64,000 nucleotides of DNA, from contig JASANG010003338.1 of the NCBI GenBank assembly GCA_030248215.1, forward strand, positions 124,001 through 188,000, read 5' to 3'. Position 1 is the first letter of the stretch. Each line of letters starts with the position of its first letter. Position numbers and translations under genes: made by a program. Below, piece by piece: positions 52,636 to 64,000 of the stretch. The notes under the pieces were generated by a model. The model did no database searches, was not told the DNA's origin, and was given only the letters and a program-made list of their open reading frames with translations. Source of the stretch: Enoplolaimus lenunculus (lineage: Eukaryota).

Positions 52636-55600
52636 TCATGCGTCCAATTCATACTGAGTCAAGGGTTCCCGTAGACAGAGATCGACCTGTAAACAAACAT
52701 AACATTAGACTGCAGTGAGTACGAAGGAACTTCCCACTCAAAAGTCAGAAAACATTATTATACTGCTCGGTGTTTAAACGAGTATTATATGTAATCATTA
52801 CACTAAGTCACCTGGCAAACAAACAACCTCTTCAATCGGCAGATACAACAAATAGCCAAAATGGGTTAACTATACGTGAACTGTGTCCATAGGTCATTTA
52901 ATTATTGTAATACTTATTAAATTTACGGACTGCAGCAGTTTGCTAACATTTTGAATTGTATTAGCAATACAATACCGAAAAACTGTTAAGACGAGAGAGG
53001 TAAGGTTTCTATATTATGTACGTTGTGTTATTAACAATCTAACAAATAAATTTAAACTCGCCAAAAATTATTTTCAAATGATTTTTAACATAATAAACCT
53101 AACACTGTCACAAACTCACAGTTGAAGGTTGATACTGTTCCGACTCAGCAGTATTTGTACTCAAAATCTCTTCTGTAGTTTTGCGATAGACAGGATTATC
53201 AAACGATAGACCATTGCCAGACCATGACGGTCCATTTGAGGCATCTCTGGTAGCACGAATGTGACGAAGTACAAGCCAGCCAATCTTTAAAAAATAAAAA
53301 TTACACTGCGGAGTGAATGAAAGTGATTTTTTTAAAAACAATGACGATTACTGATAGAGTAAAAATAAACATAACTACGCATAGGCCAATTTTTCATTGA
53401 ATTGCCGCTTTTTGCTTAAGCTAGCACAGACTCACTAATTTTGTAGCGCAGAAAATCCCCTTAAAGAACATCGTAAAAGCCATTGCATAATTATGGCAGT
53501 TAAAATTTGTTACAAACAAACTGTACCCCTGCAGCAAAGACCGTAAATATGACAAGAAAGCCCATCACTGTGCCCGCAAGAGAACCATCTGTGCTCTGAA
53601 CGGACTGTGGTGAAACTGAAACAAATATAATCAGACGTTCAATTAGGCCTTTTACTCTTTTCAATAAAATACATTTCGCAGATAAAACAACTAGAATGCG
53701 ATGAATACTGGTACATGCATAAGAAAATGGGACACATGAAAACTTCTATAACCAAATCAAAAATGGCAATAGTTTGCTGGTTTAACGTGTAGGTTTATCT
53801 AGCATAACCCTAAACCAAGTCTAACGATACACAGTTTACTCTTCCAATCCGATGACTCACAATCAAAATTACTTCAACCAAATACAATTTCTCAATGTGA
53901 CTTTCAGACAGCGTCGTATCCAGGGAGGGTTCGAGAGTCAAACCGCCTCCTTTTGCGATATTTGTCCAGAATAGCTGCATATTTCAGTATGATAACACAA
54001 GAAACCCGTTCCAAATGTCATTTTGATATTCGGTAACACCGTAGTTCTAAACAACGACAATGCAACTTAATTGAAATAACATTTCCAAATAACTCCGCGC
54101 TTCGTAAAATTACTCCACGCTCAATAAATTCCCAACCTGTGGTTTGTTTACCTTCCAAACTTTCACACTGAACATCACGATTGCTACTTCGAGCAAATCC
54201 GTCCGGACACACGCACATATGACTCCGCTTGATGGCAACATGATCTCCACTGTCGTGATACGATTCTACAAAAGTTCTGCCGTTAAAAGTTCTGCCGTTA
54301 AACTCTCGGTGATTCGGGTCCATTCGAAGTCGCCATTTTTTGTTCGGGCTCGGCAGGCACATATGCGAGCAGTCGTGCATTGCGCACTTGTTGGGATCTG
54401 ACATTAAAGTAACAATAATAACAACCATAACATTAAACAGTCAAATAAAATATGCTTTTAAAAATACGCAAAACATAGATAGTCGTATTTATAGTAATCT
54501 ACAAAATTTGGGTTCCGTTAACGCATGGTCCGAAGCCAGAACGGGGCCAAAGTGGAGGGCTGAGGTCGAATAAAAACGATTCAACCTCGCTTGTAAGTAA
54601 TCAGAAATCCTTACATGCCATACCAGATTTTTAAAAACCGCCCTAGCATGTTAAGCTGGCTACGTGCTAGCCCCCCCCCCGCGATATCATATATAACGCG
54701 ACACCACGAGCCTGTGGCCAGCTACCGTTAATACTAACAAACTGCACCAGTTTGCACTTACTACTGCTTTGTGACCACGTTGTTATCAAATGACACCACT
54801 ATATTATAAAGTGCCCGTTCTCTTCGACATTAGTTTCAACAGTTGTGTTCAATAATTTTATAAAACCATTATTTAGCTTCTTGAGCAGTCCATTATTAGT
54901 TAGTATTCTTTTACTACCATGATACAAACCTCTGGTGTTTAAAGATTTTTCCACAACGGGTATCCTGAACACAAAGTTTAGTAACATATAAGCTTACGTG
55001 GCGGCTGCATAACAGCATGAACAACTTTCACAGTCATCAAGCCTCTCGTTCCATTGACAAGAACTTTAGCATCAGAACCGTTGAACTTGTTCGCAACGTG
55101 TACTCCATGAGTTGACCAATCCGTCCAATAGATTTTATCCTACAACTCCCAGCACAAAACTATAAACCACACTATCTGAACAGCAAGTTATTCAAGTTAA
55201 AAATTTAAATTTTCTTCAAGCAGTAATCACATGGAGGTACGACTGAAACGCCGAGTTTTATACTATCTCGTTTCAACAAAATCAAAACTCTTTACCTCAA
55301 ACACTGCAACACTAAACGGGTGTTGTACGGTATGCAGATCATTTACTATAACACGCCGATTGTAGCCGAGATAATCAGACGAACTGAGCTGTTGAAGTTT
55401 GGCATCCGCCCAATAAATTCGCATTTCAAGCGTATCAATCGCTTAAAAATAAGAATTAATTTGACAAATAAGGGAACATATTAAACGTTTTGATTTTTAT
55501 ATATTAGTCATGCCAAAGGTTTGCGACTAACAGAAATCACCACAAAAACATGGTGTTGAAGCTATTTTTCTGGCTTTGCAAAAATTTTACGAGCAACATA

Positions 55601-58600
55601 ACAATATACAACATAAAAATATACACTTTGTTTTTCGCGAAAATAATTTTTTCAGGAGTTGTAGGGTTTTCTTGCTTACGATCACCTAATATTCAGTTGC
55701 ATCTGTGTGACAAAATTACATAAATATTGTCCAACTCATACCGATTCCGTTGGGCCAAATAATATTTTTCGTTATAATTGGCCTGCGATGCGAGCCGTCC
55801 ATTCCAGCAATTTCTATACGCGCTTTCCAACCCCAGTCAGTCCAAAACATTACCCTGAAATACCATACATTTTTTCAGAGCTTGCCGTATCAGTTTTTTT
55901 CCTTACATTATCGTAACAGTTTTTGCTTACAATACATCTGAGCAATTTTGCTGCATACTCGTATTATCTTACACACTTTGATATAAATTAAAACGCTAAA
56001 AGTCAATCAATGAACCACAAGTCTGCAGGGAGATTCTGTTTACGAGTCATTTGAAAACGAAATGTTAAGTTTCATTAAAATGTAGTTAGAGTGGCGCTAT
56101 ATTTGTTGTACGGCACCGACCGTTATCGTGTGACGTCATGTGCCAACTGCCGTCGAGCGTCACAAGTCAAACTCTACGTATTGGTGTACGCTACCGTTCA
56201 GCCCAATACGGCACTTTAATAACTAAAAAGTACATCTCTATCTTTACCCTTGTGCAGGATCAAGAGCGATCGCTCGAGGCTCGCGGAGGTCGTTATCAAA
56301 CAACGTTTTCCTTGCGCCGCCCTGTTCCAAACTTGCAACTGAGATTGTTTCTTTACCAGTATCTGTCCAATATAGCAAATAGTGAACCCAGTCAATCGCA
56401 ATTCCATCTGCAGTTTCGATATTTGTGGACACCAGTTCCTTTTTACAATCTTCAACATTGTGCTCTCCAATATCACAGCTAAAAATGTAAGACACAAACA
56501 AATATATTTTGAGATACAGGCAGGAATTTCGAGCTCATTGACGAAATGTTCAAAAATGTTTGAGCTCACATGTAATTTACTATTCAAGAAAAACTTACTT
56601 TAAAATATATATATGACAAAACGCATTTAGTTGCTGTAAAAAACAAGCTCTGAAATAAGCAACTCTTACACACTTTTGGTAGCTTCCGTCTTTGTTCCAG
56701 AACAAGATTAAAGCTACCAAAAACGATTGTTATACACATGTGAAACCTAACTGTCAAACTCAAGTCTACACTTGCCCATATATCTTCTTGTGAAAAGCAT
56801 CAGACCAGACAAGCAACTTTGCGTTTACTAAATAATCCATTGCCACTGCTGAATCTAAGTTTGTGACTAGATACACTGGTTGATATTTATGCGAAATTAG
56901 GTCATATTCTCTAATGTTACGACGATCAGACAATAACAATTTCGAATGACTACCTGAAACGACGAAACGTTACGCTTTATATTGAGAGGTCTTCAATCAA
57001 AAAACGAAAAGTATTCGTAACACAAAGAGACTGTGAGTTTAAAACTATTGCGCATTCCTATTAAGTAAAGATAATGTATCTTTCGAACCAGAAATACAAT
57101 AATACAATAAAAAGGGAAGAAAAAACATTATTTCGAAAACACAAAAACGCTGGAACTGACCAACAGCACGGCATGTGATTTCATTTGGTTGTAAGATGTA
57201 TCCACTGTGACATTTACAATGAAACGAGCCAATAGTATTATGGCAAATTTGAGAGCATGACGGTTGGTCGACATTAAGACATTCATTTATATCTAAAAGC
57301 CAACAAGGAACGGCTTTAAAACAGCGTCAATAATAGTATTAAATTTTTTACCGTTAAAATATGAAAGACATTGGTATTATAACAATGCTGATCTTGTAAT
57401 ATTTAGGTTTCCCAAGGTTGTGTCCACAGCGTGTTTGTATACAAAAATGTTCAATACGTTGATTTAACCATGCATATGCGAAATAAGATACAAACAATCT
57501 TTTATATTTCTTTACAAACCCACACATCTGTTGCTTTGTTAAAATCGGCGTTCAATTTTGCACACCGTCATTCTTATTTATGCATACTACAAGTACTGTA
57601 AGCTGTTAAGTATTAAAACTCCTAACATACAGCAAAACTTCAAACCTTGGCAATGAGTTTTATTATGCTTGAAAAAGCCACGTTTACACAAACAATATGC
57701 GCCTGCCTTCGAGTCAACACAGCGATGTTCACAATTGCCATTGTTCATAGAGCATTTTACAACTAGAAACACAAATACAAAACTGCATTTGATCTGCATT
57801 AAAACACTTCACCAATTTTATATTGTCTGTAATCCATAGATCCGCTCATATCAGTCCTTCTGCAGCAATACTTCATGAGCAACCTTAACTACATCCCAAC
57901 AGGAAACGTATATTTAACTGATTGAAAACAATTTCCGATCCGTTTTAGACTAAGACATGAACCAAAATATTGACTGCGTATTCATCAATAATTTACTGCA
58001 TACCATTTTGTTACCGATAAATAATTTATGTACTGTGCTATACCGACAAAATTCTAATCAATGTATTTATATTGTGATTCTCCAATGCCATCATTATTTC
58101 GCACTGCATACAGAAGCAACACGATGTACTTTTCACAAATTAACCATCAGCTACATACGATTTTCGCTCAAACTCCACTAAATTATGCTGTCTTAACTAA
58201 AAATCAAACTTGTGTTTGAAAAATTACCCTTAAAACTCACCCTCATTTTCCGACGGGCATTTATACAAAGGAAGCTCGTCAGAACCATCACCGCAATCTG
58301 CATGCGAATCGCACAACTTATCGCGCCGTACACACTCACCGCTTGTCTTGCATTTAAAATACTCGTCGCCTTCTTTGCAGTCAGTAGTTCCGCTTGTGCC
58401 ACGAGTACCACCTGATACCGAACTGCTTGTACCAGCATCACTGACTGTACAATTAGCTTCATCACTACCGTCATTACACTCTTCAATTCCATTACAAACA
58501 CGCGATAAATCAACACAAATTCCTGACCCTCCTACATGACCGCCATTTGTTGCAAACGCAATTGCAGTAAGGGCCACCGTACTTAGATTTGAATTTGCAA

Positions 58601-61219
58601 CGCTGGCACATTGAAAAAAATTTGCACCACACACCGTACGATTACAGTGCGTCTCGTCGGACGAATCTGGGCAATCGGGCTGGCCATCACATCGCCATTC
58701 TTTCGAAATGCATTTACCATCGTTACACCGCCACGAATGCGCTGTAAAACACAACATAAGAACAAATCTCTACGTTATGTTTTCGTAAAAATGTTACGTC
58801 ACCAAGGATCAAACTTAACACTTAATGTACAGAACACGAATATAGCAACAAAACCAGTACAACCGTTCGACTTATTTCTCAACCTTAACTCATTCCATCT
58901 ACTACAAAACTGACAGCAATTACACAAAAATTATAATTTATAAAATAGCGAAATCAGATGGAACAATAAAAACACAACTCGTTTATCGTAAGCACAGAAG
59001 CTACACGGGAACTTTCTGAAAACGACACTGATTAATACATTGTTGACGGGAGGTTTAGCGGCAAATACTTTAAAATACGATATACCGCAAATACTTTCAA
59101 ATACGACAAATTAAGTACCTGATGAACAGGATTTCCGAGAAAAATGAAGCTCTTGAGGCCTACAATTCATTTCATCTGAACTGTCCCGGCAATCACTCAC
59201 ACCGTCACATCGCCAATCTGCAGGAATGCATCTTTTATCAACGCATGTGAATTCGCTGGTTCGACATGGCTTGTAAGCTGAAATTCCATGTTGAACGTAA
59301 AAACCATACAATCATTCATTAGAATCGTCCAAATTAGTCCTTGAAACATCAAAAATGTCTGAAATGTATTCATTTTATACTTTTCGCCAAACTCTGCACA
59401 CACGCTCGTTGCTTTAGAAAAGCTTTTGTTGCAGTCGAATGTTACGAGATGGTATATAATATAAGTAGCGCATTTTTGAATTTTTTTCAATATATTGTAC
59501 ACTAATAAAGAGTTACAGAGAAACCTATCAAGACAATGTTTTTAGTTGTATTGATAAAAGTTGTAATACAACTTCCGTTTGTAAACGACAAGTAATAGTT
59601 CCAAGTCGTAAACAACAAGTTTAAAAGAAAATGATACTCTAGTTACTAACCGCAATGCAACTCATCCTCGCCGTTCGGACAATCCATCTCATGGTCACAT
59701 TTCCACTGCTGGAAAATGCACTCCCCGTCACCACACGTGAATTCTAATGCATGATCACAAACTTCTCTGCTGCAGTTTGCACGCTACAATGACATCATAT
59801 CATAAGTTGGAAAATTCATAAAATAATGTAACTAGCAGAGGTTCATTGCTAACTTCGAATAATCCCAGAAAACAAGTCAACTCAAATCGTTTCTCAAAAT
59901 ACTAGTTTTTTCACGCAATCACATCATATCAAAAAAAGATATCATACTTCATCGCTGCCATCAGGACAATCTGACTGACCATCGCACATCCAATGCTGTG
60001 GCACGCAGTATGGCGAGCCATTAGACCGAGTTGCATTACACGCGAATTGACTTTCATGACAGGTAAAATTTTCTGCAAAGTTCCATAACAACGTAACAGT
60101 AAAAATATCTAAGTTGGTAAAAGTTCCGTTCACAAAGTGCATCGTAGACAACAAAAATGGTTTAGGTACTGCGTACAAACACTATTTACAGAATTGAGCA
60201 TAGCGTAAGCGGAGTTGAAAAATGATGTTCAGATTATCAGCAATTATGCGTACGATTATAACTAGTAATGTATATCACAATTCACACATACTAACGCAAC
60301 GTTTAGTTTTATATATGTACTTACTACATAATGATAAGCTTTCGTCACTTTTATCATCGCAATCCGGCTCGCCATCACACAACCATCGCTTTGGAATGCA
60401 CGTCCGGCGATCATGGCACATAAAGTCAGATTTCGTGCACTCAACGTGGTTTGAAGCTAAATCGCGTAAAAAGTTTGAATATTCGGCACTAATAAAGGTC
60501 AATTTTTTCCTTCAAATTACAGAAGCCTAACTGACGCCACACACAAACTGGTAAAATTTATATACACATATAGTAAACTGCTCTCTTCCCCATGTGTGCG
60601 TGAGTATGGCGGAACGACATTCTTTTGGCCAGGCTGCTGAGTATTTGGAGTGAGGCCCCAAATTTCAAAACAACTGATGGACTGTAAGCAACTCTGCAAA
60701 TCAGTGAAAGACACTGCAATGATGCGTATCGGTATATGCTTGTCCGTTACCGTTATTGGTAGGTAAACTGCCGCACACTTTTCACTGAACATATTAGGGT
60801 ACATTTACGTGCATATTTCAACAAACAGTAAAGTGTATATCACGCTGATTTCGCATTACTTACAATAATTTATTAATTTAGTTTTGCAACGGGTTGTAGT
60901 ACTAAAACGTGACTTGTTAATAATTATTGGTGTTACGTAATACAGAAATATATTCCAGTCGACGATATGAGCAGCTTAAAATACAAAAAAATTAAAGCAC
61001 ACTGAACTCCTAAAACAGTTCGCCTTAGGACTTATACGTATTTATCAGAGAAAAGCCGTGTAATATGTTTCTTTAAAGTAACAGAGTTTTCAACCTTACG
61101 GCAGTCAAATTCGTCCGAGCCATCTTCGCAATCTGCTGGACCATCACATCGCCATGATTCAGGTATGCAAATTCTGTTCGAGACACATTGAAATTGGCCA
61201 CCGTACGTACAGTTGTTAC
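52636..61219 (-). CDS. LDL-receptor family member of VLDLR/lipophorin-receptor type (8 LA repeats, EGF-A/B, YWTD propeller, EGF-C, TM, FDNPVY tail); signal-peptide exon not located
   Basis: Approx. exons 5'->3': 61219-61100, 60456-60325, 60072-59948, 59783-59651, 59277-59119, 58742-58241 (LA repeats such as [20 protein letters not shown]), 57763-57647 (EGF-A), 57292-57161 (EGF-B), 56953-56774, 56478-56248 (DGIAIDW..LLYWTD), 55855-55742 (MFWTDWG), 55442-55295 (IYWAD), 55139-54998 (IYWTD), 54397-54137 (EGF-C), 53616-53527 (TM), 53285-53119 ([13 protein letters not shown]), 52686-52636 (ends QYELDA*). Confidence 0.93.
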
Positions 61220-61756
61220 CTTTAACGCAAGCAACTATATAATACTTATAAAGTCTTAAATTTCACGCCGTTGCTTAAAATCTTAGCGTGGATATATCGC
61301 AAGGTTGCGCTGGGTAGCGAAAAAATCAAAATTTTCCAAACAGATTATTTGTAACAAATTTTTCGTAGTTTTTTCTGTTTTTTCAGAACATCTGCACATA
61401 ATTATTGCGTAACTATAAAAATTCATAGATCGACAGCAGTTACTTAAAGAATACAGCAATACATTTGCTGAATTCTCGGTTCCAAATCACCGAGAGTCAA
61501 AAAACAGGGACTTGTCGAGACCGAGACTCCCATCCCTGGCGCTGGACCCTTCAAAGATTTCAGTTACCTCGAGCTAAGGTTATTCTGATCGCGAATTCGT
61601 TCTAAGATACATAACCGGCGGCGCTATTCTAGCAGTCGTCAGCGACAAATGGTAACCATGGGCTATATTATTTATTTGCCTATCCAATCTAAATAATTTT
61701 TGTACGCATGTGACATGCTTGTTTGTGTGTATATCCAAGTGCATTGCATTATATAG

Positions 61757-62130
61757 TAGAGATGTCTCAATGTCGGGCCCCGGCACCGGGACCGGGGCCG
61801 AAGCCATACGGTACCATGGATGGAACCAGATAAAGATTTAAACAGAATGTAAAACGTAACCAGATTATATCGGAAGCGTAATGGGAACAACAAGATTATA
61901 AATATTGGGATGCTAATTGAAAAGTTCACGTGTTACAATATTTTGAATTTGCAATCAGAATCAGACCTAATTGTGAATCTAGTTTTAACCTAAACCGTAT
62001 CTCTTTCTACCCAACTTTTCACCCGTACGTAAAAGGTACATAAAATTTAAAATTTAATGTATTTTGCTGGCCCCGTCCCCGGTGCCGTGCCTCGGGCCCC
62101 AGGTAAAATCCTGGCAACGAGACATCACTA
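61757..62130. mobile_element. hAT-type MITE inserted into the first unit of the tRNA-like tandem array
   Basis: TAGAGATGTCTC...GAGACATCACTA TIR (Ac/Ds-like TAGGGATG); inverted GC-rich subterminal arms; flanks TTATATAG/CTTTATAG (6/8). Confidence 0.7.
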
Positions 62131-62143
62131 CTTTATAGTACGT

Positions 62144-62997
62144 ATACTTGCTGGCAGTGTATGGTCGACATAGTTTATGACAAAAGTAGTTAGAGGGGTG
62201 AACTGCGTTGCGCAGTGGTAGAGCACTTGCCTGGAAATCCGTGTATTGCCGGTTCGAAACCACCCGTAACCAGCTTTTCCAGCTGTTTAATTAAAAAGGT
62301 CTGATGTCCCGGACTCCCGGTTCTTACCTAGACTGCCATGAGGGCAACGCCGTGAGCGCAATATAAATTGCCGCGATTTATACACAGCATCCGGTCGAAA
62401 ATATTGTGTAATGCAATATAGTGCAGTGCATTGTATGCGTAGTACGCCTGCTGGCAACATACGGTCGACATATAGTCGACGATAGAAGCAGTTGTAGAGG
62501 CGCGCTGAGCGGCACAATGGTAGAGCGGTTGCCTCGAAATTCGTATATTGCTGGTTCGAAAAAACCCGTAACCCGCTTTTCCAGCTGTTTAATTAAAAAG
62601 GTCAGATGTCCCGGCCTCCCGGTTCTTACCTAAACTGCCATGAGGGCAACGCCGTGAGTGTGATGTAAATTGCCGCGCTTCATACACAGCATCCGGTCGA
62701 AAATATGGTAGACGGACAAGGGATGCCTTTGTTGAAACTTGGGACATGTAAGCAGGTAAGACATGCAAGTATGTTATGCGCCCATGCAATAAAGTGCAGT
62801 GCATTGTATGCGTAGTACGCTTGCTGGCAGCATACGGTTGACATATAGTCGACGACAGAAGCAGTTGCAGAGACGGGCTGAGTGGCACAGTGGTAGAGCA
62901 CTTGCCTCGGATCCGTAGGTCGCCAGTTCGAAACCACCCACAGCCCGCTCTTCTAACTACTTGAAAAAGGTCCGAAGTCCCGGTTCCTACCAAAACT
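62144..62997 (+). repeat. Tandem array of tRNA-derived (Pol III A/B box) units, periods 302 and 373 bp
   Basis: tRNA-like heads at ~62200-62272, 62502-62574 and 62875-62946 (TGGCACAGTGGTAGAGC..GTTCGAAACC); TTTT follows heads 1 and 2; spacers are conserved between units. Confidence 0.85.
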
Positions 62998-64000
62998 GAT
63001 GGTTATACGTATATAACTACAACAGCACTAATCTGATTCATATGAAAGAGCAAAGTTCCGTTGATGACGTGTATATTCACACCTGTACCACAAACGAAAC
63101 TTGTTGGCGCTCGTTCGGTTTAGAGGGAAAATAAGGGAACCAGAATTTTGCGAAAATTGTGATACATTCGTTCACAGCCCAACATGAGGATTCCAAAAAT
63201 ATGCAATTTGACTAAATTCCGAAAAAAATTTTTTTCGAAACTTTCATAAGAGAGGGACACGTGTGAAAAAATAGAAAAATAAGTTAAGTATCATTTACGG
63301 ATGTGCAGTTTAAATGGCATCGGTTTCGGTAATAATCGGCACTTTTCGTGAGTATCTTCCGGCACTGAAAAAAATTGCCGATTCTTAGATTGCAGATATT
63401 TTTTGCACATAAGAGTCAGCTGGAAGTCTATCAATCGATTCCTTGCCGTATGTCAGTTTGTCTGATCAGGAAAACTGTTATCTCTGGTGATTTTGTGTTT
63501 GAAAAAATTAATTGAAATGAACCTCTCTCATAAAATTATAATCGTTTATAGTGGTTGGGGCTTATATCTTCGCATAATGACATAATGTAGTATCCTATCT
63601 GTTCGTTAAGCATGATGTACTAAAGTTGAATTCGCATCGGCATCGGTTCGGCATCGATATTGGTTCGGCATCGGCAAACATTCAAAATAAGAATCTTTTG
63701 GAACATATCGGCAGAGGGCACATCCCTAGCATCATTTGAACTGTCTAAAAGTTATAGTTTCAATGCGAGAAGCTCCTCACTCTTGATAGTTTATATTTTT
63801 TGTTTACAATACACGTTTAAGTTTTCCAAATAACTTTTTTCGTTCTCCTTACCAAGCAGCTATACATCACGTACCGTGCGTAACGTACTATGTATACACT
63901 AGGGTGCAACCGGAAATCCGGTTTCAATTCCGGTAAAATTTTACTAGAATTAGAAATTCCGGCATTAAATTGTGGTCAGTGGAACTATACTAAAAATGAC

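Noticed and set aside
62600..62746. HDV-like ribozyme suggested by GTCCCGGCCTCC...GGGCAAC...TGGGAC
   Set aside because: No 3' strand for P3, no P1 pairing and no catalytic J4/2 segment.
62875..62946. Functional tRNA with a CGG anticodon
   Set aside because: Anticodon and T stems cannot pair; treated as a tRNA-derived repeat head.
63080..63190. Candidate signal-peptide exon for the LDLR-family gene
   Set aside because: The ATG frame stops before the donor and the alternative frame lacks a hydrophobic signal core.
1..64000. CRISPR array, operon, transposase or other prokaryote-like system
   Set aside because: No repeat-spacer array, no long intronless ORF and no recognisable transposase or reverse transcriptase gene.

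Overview
AT-rich, intron-dense animal (invertebrate-type) nuclear DNA; no prokaryotic features or CRISPR array. Three spliced genes can be rebuilt by hand from GT-AG junctions. (1) The 3' part of VPS13D (+, 41 visible exons, 36-26934). (2) A complete 10-coding-exon synaptotagmin-like gene (+, 36237-50678) whose C2 domains lack most Ca2+-binding aspartates. (3) A convergent VLDLR/lipophorin-receptor-type LDLR-family gene (-, 52636-61219; 8 LA repeats, EGF/YWTD, FDNPVY tail; signal-peptide exon not found). Introns and intergenic DNA hold many non-autonomous DNA transposons (MITEs). Points worth follow-up: one conserved VPS13D exon is absent and leaves a frame mismatch; VPS13D seems to lack its UBA domain; a TTAA/piggyBac-type MITE family carries a tRNA-Gly-derived Pol III promoter; a tandem array of tRNA-like Pol III units lies upstream of the first visible LDLR exon; the synaptotagmin C2B loop holds an obligatory ~80-aa insertion; inverted MITE pairs bracket synaptotagmin exon blocks. 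I cannot claim a proven new system. Homology calls rest on recalled family sequences, not database searches, and coordinates may be off by a few bases.
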